Assembly: GCA_012295275.1 (NCBI GenBank)
Contig: CM022671.1
Coordinates: 31,000,001-31,064,000, forward strand
Source of the DNA: Chrysomallon squamiferum
Lineage: Eukaryota > Animalia > Mollusca
Direction: 5' to 3'
DNA length: 64,000 bases
Shown piece after piece: positions 42,586-57,333 of this stretch. Numbering within the stretch: position 1 is the stretch's first letter; every line of letters begins with the position of its first letter. The position numbers and the translations under genes were made by a program. The notes beneath the pieces were generated by a model. The model made no database searches. It saw only the letters and a list, made by a program, of their open reading frames with translations, and had not been told where the DNA came from.

Positions 42586-43734
42586 CTGGAAACAAAACAG
42601 AAAGAAAGAAAGAAACGTTAAAAAAGATAAATTGTTTACGCGATGAAGCCAGAAGCCAAAGGGCAAACAGTTACAACAGGTAAAAATGTGAGAGGATCTG
42701 GCGGCTTTTTTTTTTTTTCTCTCTTTTTTTTTTTTTTTATTATTTTATTTTTTTTTTTTTTAATGAAAAATTTTAAAGAGTTTCTGATGTGATAACATAT
42801 AATTCTTATTTTCTCTGTGGGACGCTAACATTCTTAATGTAAAACGTGCGGTTTTATTATGGCAATAAATTCTTATGTCAGAGGGGTTAAATCTGAATAG
42901 CAGTAATTTCTGTTTCTGGCATTTTGAGAAAAAAAAAAAAAATGTTTTTTTATCTGCAACCGTAACCGTAAGTCAAGGGGGTACTACATTTATTCTGAAG
43001 GTTTCGTTAGATTTGGGAAGGTCGTTAAAAAAAAAAGAGTTCAATTTTCTTATTAGATGTGGATGTCGTAAAGTTGAATAAACAGATCATTTATCAGCAC
43101 TCCTGTGACTGGAGGTGCAGTACGTTTGACTTGAATGTTTGCAAAGAAACAGGTTATAACCATAAAAAAACAACAGAAACTATTCCCCGCTGTTGTTCCA
43201 TTACCACAGTCTTAAATTTATAATCTTTTCTCTTCTGTCTCTTTTTTTTTTTTTTCTTAAATTTTTTTTAGGAATCGTTCAAAATTTATAGTTTTCCTTT
43301 CCAGATATTATCAGCTGAAATAGTGGCAGCAGTGAGTGATGAGATAACTGAAAACCATTCCACTGATAATTTAATAATCATTTAGAGTAAGAAACATTTA
43401 TTTTTGTCGTCTTCTGATTACATTGAACAAAAGGTTAGATACCCGCTGAGTTTTGTTAACGCACGTGCTGAGTGATTGCGCACGTACACGTGTGTGTGTG
43501 TGTGTTATTGACTTTGTGTGTCAGCGTATTGACGTTTTGCTGAATTGCTAAAATTGAGAATCAGGGAAATCAGAGGATGTCTGTTACAGAATTGTTATGT
43601 TCGAGAACTAGAAGATAAGTGGAATGAGAGAAATATTCTTAAAATCTATTTTCTTAGAATCTGTTTGTTAGTAAACCGGAATATTATTAGACTGTTACAT
43701 TAATGAAATGAGTTCTTAGTGATTTTTTTAGATT

Positions 43735-43975
43735 AGTGAATTTTACTGAATTTTCATATTAATGAATATGTAATGTTAGTAAATTTGTAATGTTACTGAA
43801 TTTTTATGTTAGTGAATTTGTAATGTTACTGAATTTTTATGTTACTGAATTTTTAGATTACTGAATATTACTGAATTTTTGCGTTAGTAAATTTGTAATG
43901 ATAGTGAATTCTTATGTTACTGAATTTTGCTGATTTCTTATGCTAGCGAATTTGTAATGTTAGCGAATTTATATG
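43735..43975. repeat. Minisatellite, 17-18-bp unit (TGTTA(G/C)TGAATTT(G/T)TAA-like)
   Basis: More than ten recognisable consecutive copies. Confidence 0.85.
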
Positions 43976-45507
43976 TTAAAGAACTGTGATACAACTGAAG
44001 TGATATCTTTTGAAAAACTGGTTTATTAACAGGTTTGCGTTAGCGGACTGGAAACTGAACTTTATTCCTCTGTTACACTAACCCACCGTTACCTTAAAGA
44101 AATACCACATTTATAACGTCTAGTGTTAATCAGTTAGTATGTTAGTGAAATACTGTTAGTAAGTTGGACGGTTAGTTACAAATAAAGTTGCTGCGTCACG
44201 TGACGACCTCCACAGCTTCACGTATGCAGACAATTTCAAGAATCCGCGTGTTTTATTCCACACCTCCCGAACGTGCATTAATCATGAAAAGTACTTCATG
44301 GCCCTCCCCCTCTCCTTTGGCACCGCCTCTGCCCGCAGAAATCTCGACACACCCTTGTTAAACACACAACCTCTAAACAATAAATTAGCTGCATTATCCA
44401 AACCATCCAGATTTCATATACACAAACATAAAACAAACCAGTCAGCGAAAGATAAAGGAGAAGAAACAAACACATTTTTCCAAAAGAGAAAAAAGAAGAA
44501 GAAGAAAAAAAAGAATGGGATATGAGAACTCTTGTTAACTGCCTTACCCAGCAAAAAAAAAGGAGGGTCAGCAGTGAAAAGGGGGCTGGGATCAGAACAC
44601 CTGTTCCCCCTCCCTCATCATTAGTGAGAAGCTCACGGGGTACAGAGTAAGAACATTACGAACATTTTAAACGAGCCGGTTTTTTTTCTGTTTTGCTCAT
44701 CTGCGAAACGGCGGGACGAGACGGCGATTAGGCCGCGGTTCACGAAGTATAAAACCCAATTAGCGAAATCTCACATCTACGACGATTCACCAGATCGTTT
44801 TTTTTTTTTTTTAGCTAAGTATCTGTTATCATCGAGCATGTCAAATGCCATACACTCTCGATCTAACCTTTTTGGTAAATATATACATTACCCTCGAGTT
44901 TATTTATGTATCTAGCAAACTGGATCTCCGCCGCGGCCAATTAAAGAGAATCTATCGCTTTGGAAAGCGAGAGTCTCGGAGATTTAACATTCGCAGGCTG
45001 ACGAGAAGTTAACGCAAGAGTTAAACAGATCATTAAAAGAAAAAAAGTCAGTCGTTAAGTTAAAAGAAGAAAATGTTTCATTAAGAAAAGTCAGTCATTA
45101 AGTTAAAAGAGAAAAAAAAATGTTTATGTTGAAGTTTGAGAGAAGTTACGGCAACAGAAGATCGAGTTAGTTGCTTTGAAAGCACAGGAAACGAAAAAGT
45201 CTGGAGTCTGTAGCTAGGTAGGTAGAACTTGATGGCCTCTGTAGCTCATTTCCCCGACGCTTGGCTGATCTTGTGCCGGTTTCAGACTATTGCACTTTTT
45301 GGACTATTTTTCCGTTCCGCCCAGTTAAGTCACTGACGTAATGTAAAAATGAAAGTCCATATTTGGTGTCTGCATAAAATGTTCGTGCAAAAGATGCTCT
45401 GCTGCTAACAGGAAAAAGAGGCAAGTTTCGTGTAAAGACTGTGAATTAGCTAATGTTTGATTATAAGAGTCAACGTACTGTTATACCTTCGTTAATCAAG
45501 ACAGATT

Positions 45508-45627
45508 GCTAAACATACAAACAGCTAAACATACAAACAGCAAAACATACAAACAGCTAAACATAGAAATAGCTAAATGTAGAAACAGGTAAACAAACAA
45601 AGAGCTAAACATACAAAGAGCTAAACA
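45508..45627. repeat. Minisatellite, 16-bp unit GCTAAACATACAAACA
   Basis: About seven consecutive copies with substitutions. Confidence 0.85.
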
Positions 45628-45809
45628 TTCTTTCATATCAACTTTCAGAAAGTTTCACTTACGTAACTAAAATAATACATGTGTGTTACTATATTCTTCG
45701 TTAATACTTAAAAAGATCTTATAGACGCATCTTGATATAAAAGCAAAGCATTGGACCATCAAGGCCTTATATATCTGGATTGTCGCATTGGCTAGAGTGT
45801 TGGGGAAAA

Positions 45810-45852
<43 letters not shown>

Positions 45853-46301
45853 AGTACAACTATGAGATCACTGAGAAGATTTGAACCTGCATTCCAGCGT
45901 TGTCATGGTATGCAAAATACTGTTACAGTATCATCTCTCACTCTGCAAATAATATCATGTAGGTTTTTTATTCAGGCCAAAACAAAAATGTAGATATTGT
46001 TCTTCGGAGACATATACATTCCAAAGCAAAAGGAACTGATATTCCGAGAACGTTAGGATCATACGACGTTATCTAAGATGTGATCTTGTCCACGTTCCAT
46101 CCTTCTACAGCTACATCACAGATCACTGCTAACAAGCTCTCAGTGACGTTGTCAAATGTCTTTTGTAACATTTTCTTTACTGATGGTAAAAAAGGGAAAT
46201 AAGTTAAACGAAAGTTAGGTACAAAGATGTGTATATAACTATGGGTGTATGTACCCCAAAGTATGTATGAATGTTTATGTGTAAGTATATATATGCATGT
46301 A

Positions 46302-46332
<31 letters not shown>

Positions 46333-46351
46333 GATACATACATTGTATGTG

Positions 46352-46435
<84 letters not shown>

Positions 46436-49400
46436 GTATGTATATGTATGTATGTGTGATTGTATTCATGTTAATATGTGGACAGGTATGTAAGTATGTA
46501 TATATGTATGCATTGTATGTATGGTTCTATGTATATAGGAATGCATTGAATGTATGTTTATATGTATATATGTAAACGTATTTTCGCGTGTATTATGTAT
46601 CTATGGATGCATATATGAATGTTTGTACGTATGTAGATGTATGTATATCTGTGTAGATCCACAGAAACATGGAGATAGTAAAGAAAGGCAAATAAAAGAA
46701 GTAACGTACAAAAAAAATTAAAAATTAAGAAAGAAAGAAAAGAAAGTGTAATTTAACAGACCACTGAACAGACAGTTTTTACATATTACGTTTTCTATGA
46801 TTTATTAAACTGAAGTAATGAACGAAAGAAAAAAACAGAGAAGCGCATACAATAAGACAAGGAAAACAAAAAAACAACAGAATGATAAAGTGAAACAGGA
46901 AAAGAATCGAAATAAAAGAATCCATTAGAATAGATTGTGTTCTCCTTTGACAGCGTAACTTTTTTTTTCATGTTTACAATTTACAAATGAACCCAACCGT
47001 TTTACTCAGTGCTGTGTAATATTTTATATTTTATTGCCAATTAACCACGTGTTCTTTATGGTGTTTGAAAACGTGCATTCACTTGATGTAACATCGATCA
47101 CCTGGAAGACGAATATAATATATATATATATTCCATTTTATATATGTGTGTGTGTGTGTGTGTGTATGTGTGTAACGTAAAGGCAAAGATAAAATGAAAA
47201 ATAATATAAAGAAAAAGATTAAGAAAAAAACTGAAAGAGCAAAAAGTAGAAAAACAACAACAACAAACATTTAAATTTAAAAATGAAGTGCACAACGGTG
47301 CAGAAAAGGGGGAAACAACTACATTATCACTGGCGCCGTCTTCTCAGCATGAATTTAATGTGAAGACGTCGACGTTGATGGTGACGTTTGCCACGGGCAT
47401 TAAAAACATTTCAAAGTTTCCGCGATCGTAAAGGTTTCAAACTTCTGACTGCGGTTGTAACATCAGAACTTTTTTCACTCCGGTTCAAAGAGATGCTCCG
47501 ACACTTGAAGATGCCGTGTACGTTGAAGAATCCCTCATGTCTTTGAATTATTTTTATTTTTCTCTTTTGAATAGCAGCAGTAAAACAATCACACTCGACT
47601 GCTACGTATAAGGCAATATATCTGTCTGTCTTAGTGCGCGTTACGTCTAGGTTAGCAGGAAATAAATTAGCAAATAGATAATGAATGTGTGAATGAATGA
47701 ATGAATGAATGAATGGACGAATAAATAAATAGTTAAGTAAATAAGTGAATATGAGGATGAATAATAAATAAATAAATAAATAATATTAATAGTTAATAGT
47801 CCAACGGGATATATATGTATGTGTATGTACGTTTAAGTACGTATGTGTATGTGCATGCAAACGACCGTGTTTTTGTGTGTGTGTGTGTGTGTGTTTGTGT
47901 CTTCCAGGACATGAAACAAACTCTACCTTACAAAATCATACATATATCATCCTTTACAAGTAAACCAAATCAAAGCTGGAAAGGTTAAAAAAAAAAAAAA
48001 AAAAAAAGGCTAGCGTACAAACAACTGATGAAAAGTGCCTGCGTGGGAGAGAGAGAAAAAGAGAGAAAAGAATACGACACCGCTGTACACATTGTTGTGA
48101 CGTTGAAAACCGTCACCTGGTAACCATACAATGCTCGAAGTGACGTAATATCTAACAAAAACAGACATTCAGGATTTCACCGAGAAGCGGAACGCGGTGT
48201 TTTTATACCATTCAGAACGAAAACTATGCAAAAAAGAAAAAAAGAAAGTGAATTCAATCCTAGCAGACCTAGAACTAGAAAGAGAACTAGAACACGCAAA
48301 TAACATCGCCCAGCACAAAACAGCGAGAGGGAGGCGCCAATTACGTACCCCCGCGGTTCCGCGCTTTAGACATGTGCCCCCCGTTTTCTTCAACACAGGA
48401 AACAAAACATTCAAGGAAATGTTTTGGTAAAATGAGCTCAGTTAATTCCCGATCCTGTCACTGATAGAGAAACCACAGAGGCTTATTAAAGACTTGATTC
48501 CTTCTGGCATTTTACATTAGTGGGAAAAGAAAACACCTCGAAAACATCTCGATATATTTGAAGAAAAAAAAAAAAGAAGGATTTTTCTCGTTCGACAGAA
48601 GCCGGGAAATTTCTATTTATTTTGGAAATGACTAAGATTTTGTTGTTTAGTGTTAGCGTCCTAAGTCATTTCTCTGATCCTAAACTCTCAATCCAGACAC
48701 CGACTCCGGTACAAACTGTTGAACATAGATAGAACAAATGACTGCTCCATATGTTTTGATGTTAATGGTTAACAGATTGCCATCTATATCGTATTGTGTA
48801 ATAATGACGAAAGGAAAAACAACAACAACAACAACCCTGCCCCTCAGAAAAACAAAACGAAACTAAACAACAAACAAAAACAAAACAAAAACACAGTCAC
48901 CCTAACTACTCCATTACGATGCACCATTGTTAACACCTTCCCGTAAAGGTCAATTCACACGCTACGACTTCTGATAACACAACGCCGTGGAAGCCGGCGA
49001 CCATTCTAACCTAGCCTCAGCTTTCTCACATGCAGATCGGTATTTTATTTACACTAACCGCTTATGAGTTTTATCTCAGTTGATAGTGTTATCCCGTCAC
49101 ATGGATATTTCTGCTGGATTTGTTGTGACGCCAGCCGATTGAGATCAGAAGCATTTTAAACTGTTTTTTTTACTATAAACGGACTTTGGTCTCAGTCGAC
49201 GATCGGTTAAAACGTGCGACCTACTTTCTGAACATTGTCGCGCGCTCTGTAATGTCACGGAGTCCTCGTGCATTGCCGTCAGTCTTCAGATATTCATTCA
49301 GATACATGCATCGCAGCATCTGGGGAAACAATTCAGAGCTTTCGGTTAAGTGTTTATTTTCTTGTACTCTGGTTACATTATCGACTTGAGACGAACTTGA

Positions 49401-49918
49401 ATAGATAATGAAACTAATCCATAGCAGTTTATTCTTTTCTTTTCTTTATCTTCTTTCCTTCTTTTTCTTTTTTCTTTTCTTTGTCTTTTTCTTTTTCTTT
49501 TCTTTGTCTTTTTATTTATTTATTTATTTATTTATTTATTTTTCTTTTCAGGGGGCGTGTAATTAATTCGCAGTTTCGCTTGTTGCACACGCCCCTGGTG
49601 TTTACAGTTTCAGTACGGAGATAACAGAAATCGTGAAGGTTCGGCTTAATTCCTATTCGCACGATTATGATCGACGTGAGATAATTACATCAAGATCGCG
49701 AACGTGCGTTTTATGAATAAACTATGTAGGGTTACCGTAACATGTCACGAGGTCGAAAAAAAAATATATGTATATATATATATACATACATGTTTTAAAA
49801 ATAAAAATGCAAAACATATTTCAGGACGATGATACGGAAAATGTTTATCATGAGAAAACAAACTTGAGTGCTTTCAGCGGTTTAAGATTTAAATACGTTT
49901 TGGTTGACAATGTGATGA

Positions 49919-49955
<37 letters not shown>

Positions 49956-50239
49956 AGCATTTACGTTAATAATACTTTAGCGTCGTGTTAAAGATACCGT
50001 ACATGTTTATTGCTGAAATTTAACTTCACTTGAGATACAATAAAGTGTAGATATGTTTTTATGTGCGTGTGCGTATGTGTGTGTGTGTAAAGTAATAGTT
50101 AATTCATTAAAAAGAAACGTTTTATCGAGTTTGCCAAGTAAAAATGTAGTATCAAAATTAACAGAACTTTTTTAGTGATACAATTTTATTACGAGAATAT
50201 TTATAAATAAAAATGTTATAACCATTGTCGTTGTTGGTT

Positions 50240-50281
<42 letters not shown>

Positions 50282-50302
50282 TTTAGTTTTAGTAGTAATA
50301 AT

Positions 50303-50352
<50 letters not shown>

Positions 50353-50876
50353 AATAAATATAAACAATATCTACTACTTCCACTCCTATTTTGAAAGTTA
50401 TTTTCGCAATTCTAAAACCAATGTTTTCAAATTTGTTCTGTAATTGTTCTACATTACATTAATTAATTAATTAACTTATTTATTGATTTATTAAATTTTA
50501 TATAATATTTATTTATTTATTTATTGGTAAAATTTGTTTGTGGTAGTAGTAGTAGTAGTAGTAGTTGTTGTTTATGTTGTAGTTCCAGGAATGACGACGC
50601 GGAGTTTTTAACACAACTCACGTCTGACTCGTGTGTTAAACTGCGAGACAACACGACGCACGGACTGCAGCCAGTAAATAACACGGATGTTGCGCGTGAT
50701 GCTGTTCCGTGATGCCCCCCGCCCATGGGAGATAGCTGCAGGTAAATGACTCGTGACCTATGAGAGGTGAAATGTAACCAGCCTGTGTCTGAGGTTTAAT
50801 AATTTTGTGGTAAAAAAATGTAGTTTTCGTCTGTGGGTTGCAGTGCACCGAATCGTTTTATCGCTGCTGCGTTGTG

Positions 50877-50913
<37 letters not shown>

Positions 50914-52341
50914 AGAATTAACAAATGCTGAGTTGGTGGATGAAAACGTGATCAGAATAGGACGTTGATTTTTTTAAGATTTTTTTTTTTTTTTTTTCCC
51001 GGATCTTTAGATAAAAATATTTAAATAAATGAGATTATAAACATTTTTTTAATTTAATTTTTTTTCTTTTTCAAATTAGCTTCGGATAGCTAATTTTGCA
51101 AGGAAGTATAAGAAACTTTTCCACCATGATCACATCATCATCATCATCGTTATCGCCGCAATCATTTCTACCGTCATCGTCATCATTATTAGCATCAATA
51201 ACATAATATTATTACCATCATTATCACTGTTATATTAATATTTTATTACCATCATCATCAACATCATCATCCCTGATACGTGTCATTATCTATATTCAAT
51301 TCGTCTCTGTTTTAATTTAAATATTGTAAAAAACAGCAGATTTACTGTTTTCTAAAACGGTGTATAATTAACATAAAGAACACGACAAAGCGATTTAGTA
51401 CGTAATATACGTTCAAAGCAGAAATGCAATCGCCACAAACAGTAAAAAATGAGGAAGTTAGAAGTATACAGAAATTTTTTTTTAAAAAAAAGTGGCTACG
51501 CTTATTTAGTTATGCTGTAAGCATCATTGTTTTATGTTGTAAGCGACTGCACTTGCGTTGAAGTAGCGTTACGCCGCCTTTGCTCTTTGTAACGTACGTG
51601 CTTTTGACGTTTTCACGCTTTTCTCGTTTCTTCTGGCGCTTTCTTGGTTCCCAGATACTGATGGATGATAATGCCCTTAACAGAAGGTCTATCGGCTAAC
51701 ATATTTAAACTGTCAGGATCAATTATTCCGAGTCGTTTTCGTTTTATTTTATTTCGATTCCAGTGGCCATTTTACGGCTTGTATGCAAGCAACCATATCT
51801 ACGTGGCAATTCATGTAACAATTAGAGAAAAATTATAACCCTGAAAACTGTTCTGTTTTTCTGGGTTTTTTTCCCTTTATCCTTTTTTATTGTTTCTTTT
51901 TTTTTTTTTTTTTTTTTTTCCCCCTTTCTTTTTTTGGCTGAAAGGTATTAAAAGGTGAAGAAAACATTTACGGATAATTTAGTTGTATCCATTTTTTACT
52001 TTCTACTTTAGAAAACGGTTTTAAAATTGTTATTAATACTGAACTTTTTTTTTCCTCCACATATCTTAAGGACTTTTTTTTATTAGTGTTGAACTTTTAC
52101 TATGCTTGATTTTGGTTCCCAGTTTTGTGCAGAAATACAGTTTCTCATCATTGAACAAACGATGTTGCATTTGTATTTCAAATATTGATGCGTTTTATTA
52201 ATATTCGCTTGTTGCCCAAAATGTCTTTCAAAGTTTTGAAAAATTAGTCGCAAAATTTCCAATATAAAGAATTATTCAGTCAACTTTCTAAATTTAGGAC
52301 AGAATACTCTGCTCAGAATTTGTGTCGAAATGAAAAAAATG

Positions 52342-52393
<52 letters not shown>

Positions 52394-52586
52394 TATGATA
52401 ATGATTCTCTTTCTTTTATTATTATTATTGCAGATGTGGGGATATATACATGAGAGAGAGAGAGATTAGAGAGAGAGAGAGAGAGATGATAAGAGAAGTC
52501 TGTCTCTGTCTCTAGAGAGAGACAGACAGACAGACAGAAAGATATATATATACAGACATACATGGGAGGTGCGAGAGACGGTGTGT

Positions 52587-52662
<76 letters not shown>

Positions 52663-53405
52663 TAAAACTCAAATCAACAGCGTTCACGGTTCATTCACTC
52701 ACTCGCACACAGTAATCTCGCATTCACGTTAATAATCTACTCCAGTCTCGCTCCTTAATCCATTATCTAATTTCCTAACCTGACCTTTAATGCAGTTTTC
52801 TAAACATGCCGGCAATCGGCGCAGTGAATTACTTCTCGCGAATGCAAACTATTTAAATTACATCCTTATCCGACATTTAATTTGTTTTTTTTTTTTTTTT
52901 TTTTTTTTGTTGTTGTTTTTTTCCGTGACTTTTCTACGACACTGCAGTGCACGGATGTTACGTAAAGGTCACGTTTTATGACGTGTTAATATTAAGTCAC
53001 GTTCGGAAATGAAAACAATACTTTCTGTTGTTAACTTTTCAACCGAGGTGACGACAGGTAAATGCCAGATGTAAACCACGCCCACCACTGCATATTGCCG
53101 CAGAAAGGAGAGAGAGAGGAAAGGAATGTTTACATTTAAAGACGCACGTTTTAGTGTGTGTAATAGCAGCTGTTGTTTGTGTCGTGGTCTTCTTTATCTT
53201 TTATTATTAGTATTGTTTGACAAGTAATTTTCCCGTTCTGTCTGTGTCCTCTCTCTTCCGTCACTTCTCTCTCAACTTTCTGTCTTTACAATTATCTGCC
53301 GTTCTTTCATTCACCGCCGTATGACTGTCCCTGTCTTTCTGTCTGTCTTTCGTTCTCAAAGATCCTCTTTCTGTTTCTTTCTTTTATTCCGTTTATGCGC
53401 GTATT

Positions 53406-53486
<81 letters not shown>

Positions 53487-53748
53487 TTTGTTAATTCTTC
53501 TTCTTTTTTTTTTTTAATTTTTTTTAAAATAAACTGACATTTTTATATCCAGCTGCAGGATAGATAATTTATTCTGTTCTTAAATGCCGCATAAAACTTG
53601 AATTCGTTTTTAATGGGTGTTTGCCAATTTATCATTTGAATAAAAAGGCTTAAAAATAAGAAGTGCGGGGTAATGCCCACGTATAAAAAGTGAGAAAACA
53701 AAACGAGGTGAAGCAAGGTGAATATTGAAATATGGAACAGACGAAGGT

Positions 53749-53779
<31 letters not shown>

Positions 53780-54062
53780 GGATGAATTAAAACAGAAAGG
53801 AAGAAATGAGTGAATGAGAACCAGGGAAAAAAAAACGATTTACAAAAACTGGGCGAGAAAAGAGAAAAACGAATTAGAGAAATAAGGAAGAGAGAGACAA
53901 GAGATTAATAAAAAAAAAAAAAAAAAAAGAAGAAGAAGAAGAAAAGAGAGATATAAATGGAGAAAAGAAAAAGAGGGAAAGAAAAAGAGAGAAAAAGAGA
54001 CTGACAGAACGTGATACAGAGAGAAAATGGGAGAAAAAAAAGGAAAAGAAAGAAAGACAGAG

Positions 54063-54105
<43 letters not shown>

Positions 54106-54709
54106 ACAAAAAGAAACATAAGTTACCTGCATGTAAATAATATTGTCTAAGCTTAATGTTCACATCAGAGAGACAAAATGATTAAAGAGAAAGAGGATCA
54201 AAATGTGTCCCTGTTATAGTGATGTAACAGATGTGTGTGTGTGTGTGTGTGTGTAAAAATATATATATATCTTTGTCTGCCGCCTCCCTACCTCTCTTAT
54301 GTTTCTCTGGTATGGGTACAGATAATAAAAAGTATATGACAATGAAAGAAAGAAAGAAAACGGAAGAAACGAAACGAAGTAAAGGAAGAATGAAAGAAAA
54401 TGATAAACGCGGGGAGGAATGATAAAGACGTTAAGCAAAGAAAGTAAGCTAATTCACTAAAAAGAAAGATTTCATCAAAGCTAATTTCGGAAATTTATGA
54501 ATTTATAAAATTAAAGAATATTTCATCAAGTTTTTTTATAACAAGTGTCGTTTTAACGGAAATTTATGAATTTACAGTTTTATTAAGAGAATATTTATGA
54601 ATTTTTTTTTTTTATAACAAGTGTCGTTGATGGTACAGATTATAATAATAATAATAATCAGTAGTAGTAGTAGTAGTAGTAGTAGTATTCATATTACTTT
54701 AGCTGACTG

Positions 54710-54870
54710 ACAGTCAGATAACCAGAATATATATATATATAGATATAGATATAGATAGATGGATAGATAGACAGACAGAGAAAATAGACAGATAGAAAAA
54801 CAGATAGATAGACAGATAAATAGACAGAAAGATTAATTGAAAGAAAAAGTCAAATAATATCAATATATAT

Positions 54871-54901
<31 letters not shown>

Positions 54902-55245
54902 TATACATAGATAGACAGGCAGACAGATAGATTAGATAGATAGATAGATAAATAGAGACATAAAGAAAAAATACAGACAGATAGATGAATTAGTCAATGA
55001 TAATATATATATATAGATAGATAGATAGATTGATAGAGACATACTGAAAAAATACAGATGGACAGATAGATAGATAAACAGACAGAAAGATTAATTAAAG
55101 ATACTAAATATTCAATGATAATATATACATATAGATAGATAGAGAGACAGATATATAGATAGATAGACAGATAGATAGAAAGATATACAGAAAAAAAAAA
55201 TACCGATAGACAGATAGGCAGGTAAATAGATAAATAGATTGATTA
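54710..55245. repeat. Degenerate (GATA)n/(GACA)n array with higher-order subrepeats
   Basis: Directly visible. GACAGAAAGATTAATT and CAATGATAATATATA recur within the array. Confidence 0.85.
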
Positions 55246-55430
55246 AAGAAAACAAAATATTGAACGATTCAAATATTCAAATATTTTTTTCAGTATTTAC
55301 ATTATTACACAAAAAACGCTTAAAGCATTATTACATCACCCATGCATTCAAGTCAGTCGTTCCCATAGCTGACAACGTAAACAACGCTGCACATGTTGCT
55401 TATGAATAATTATATTTCGTGAACACTTAC

Positions 55431-55508
55431 TTGGGATCTGACGAACTTGAACGGTTTGTCGTAGTCCAGCCCGAACTTCCTCCACTGCAGCTCGGCTCGG
55501 ATTCCCAT
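55431..55508 (-). CDS. rost: Rolling stone-like paralog B, coding exon 1 of 4 (MGIRAELQWRKFGLDYDKPFKFVRSQ)
   Basis: ATG at 55508 in context ACAATGG, donor CAA|GTAAGT after 55431, phase 0. The GC-rich exon joins exon 2 to give FGL.Y..P..FV.SQW, a rolling stone-type N-terminal motif. Intron 1 is about 12.8 kb. Confidence 0.85.
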
Positions 55509-57070
55509 TGTCACGTGCGTTCCGAGCAGACGAGATCGGCCGGCAGACGAGCAGTGACAGTCTGAAAGCAGACGAGATTTCTGATCGCTGTATTATCTGA
55601 AAAAAACTTTACGTTCCCGTTCGCGCTTTTTTCTCTCTCTCTGTCTCGCTTTCAGATTGGCAGATGTCACTTCACTCGCGTGTAACGTATCCCGACACTC
55701 TTTGCTCGCTGTCTCGTGCAGTGTGTTCGTCTGTGTGGTATAACCGCGTTTACTAACAACAGATTACGGGATATTGATTGGTAAGCGCCTTTTTCATCAT
55801 TCGTATGTAACACGAAATTTTACAAATATCTGAGAAAAAAAAAGAAGAGAAAAATGAATGAAAACGTAAGGGGCGTGGAAAAGCGTAATGATAGGCTGAA
55901 AAGTGTTAACTGATAGGTTGTTCTTTTTTAACTTAACAGTTTGATTTGTGTTTTTTTGTTTTTTTTAACAACTGTAGTCAATGAAAGAGACGGAAAGAAG
56001 GCGGTGAAACATACTGCATAACAACCTGTCTTCAAATGCCGTAGGTATTACAGACAACAAGTTTAAGATCTGGAAATCATAATGGTGCTCTACTGGCGGC
56101 TTCGGGGCAGTTCCTGAGTGGAAAGAAATCGGAAATTGACTATTTATACAGATGTAGATTCTACCTATATCTGTGCTGGAGATTTCTTTATAATAGTGGT
56201 TATCTCAGAAGGGCGATAATGCGTTTTTTTTTTTTTTTTTTACAATTCCATGTTTTACATTTGTGGTCAGTATCGCATGGACAGAAAGAATAACTTATGT
56301 ACGTACGTCCTTCTGATAATCTATGCGCATGCATACATTCATACATACACACATTTATACACAGAAACACGTACCTACGTACACACACATACGTACGTAC
56401 ATGCATACATACATACATACACTTATACATACATGTAATCAGACATACATACAACCTTATGTACAGACGCACATATACACACATAAACAAATACACATGC
56501 ATACTTTGCAGTACCTCTTACTTATCTATCTGTCTCTTTGTTTCTCTCTAAACATACTCAAACGATAGCACGCATACAGATTTACAAGCCTACCTTTCTT
56601 CATACATTTCTGCACATTTTCTTCGAGTTATTTTATAATGTGGCACCAGAACTGTTATATGAGTAACAGAAAATAACGGTTAAATGTTAGCAGAGTTACT
56701 TGATACACTGCAACTTGATACACTCAGATCAGAACGTAGGAGAAGAGATTGACAAGCCAGCACTTTTAGTCTGCTGGTCAGATAAATGACCACTTGATTA
56801 ATGGACGAATGAATTCAGCAAACTGATTTAGAAACTGGCCAATTATTTGATAGGCACATTCTGTCACTCTCATCTCTCTCTATCTTAATTGGTTTCGTCT
56901 GTCTTTCTGTCTGTCTGTCTGTCTCTCTGTATATGTGTGTGTGTATGTGTGTGATGTGCGTGTGTTGTCAATGAGTGTGATGTGTGTATGTGTGTGTGGA
57001 TTTGAATATTCTCTGTTTTATGTGCCTCTGAATATTCGGGAACACACTGGCATAGGTGGACAAAGTAATA

Positions 57071-57107
<37 letters not shown>

Positions 57108-57240
57108 CATGTCTGTACATATGTATGTATGTATCTATGTATATTTATATTAAGTATCTATGCATATAGCTGCATGCGTGTATGAACGTATGTTCGTATG
57201 CATGTAAATACGTGGGCGTTTATGTGTGTGTGTGTGTGTG

Positions 57241-57283
57241 TCTGTCAGTTTATATCTGGGAGAAGGTTTAAGTAAAATTAAGT

Positions 57284-57333
<50 letters not shown>

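Noticed and set aside
44731-44938. GGCCGCGG...CCGCGGCC as Harbinger-like TIRs
   Set aside because: Only 8 bp match and the flanking trinucleotides do not form a TSD.
48197-48430. 77-aa ORF with a coiled-coil-looking ADLELERELEH segment
   Set aside because: It starts with GTG, has no convincing splice sites or recognisable domain, and the pattern comes from a short CTAGAA repeat.
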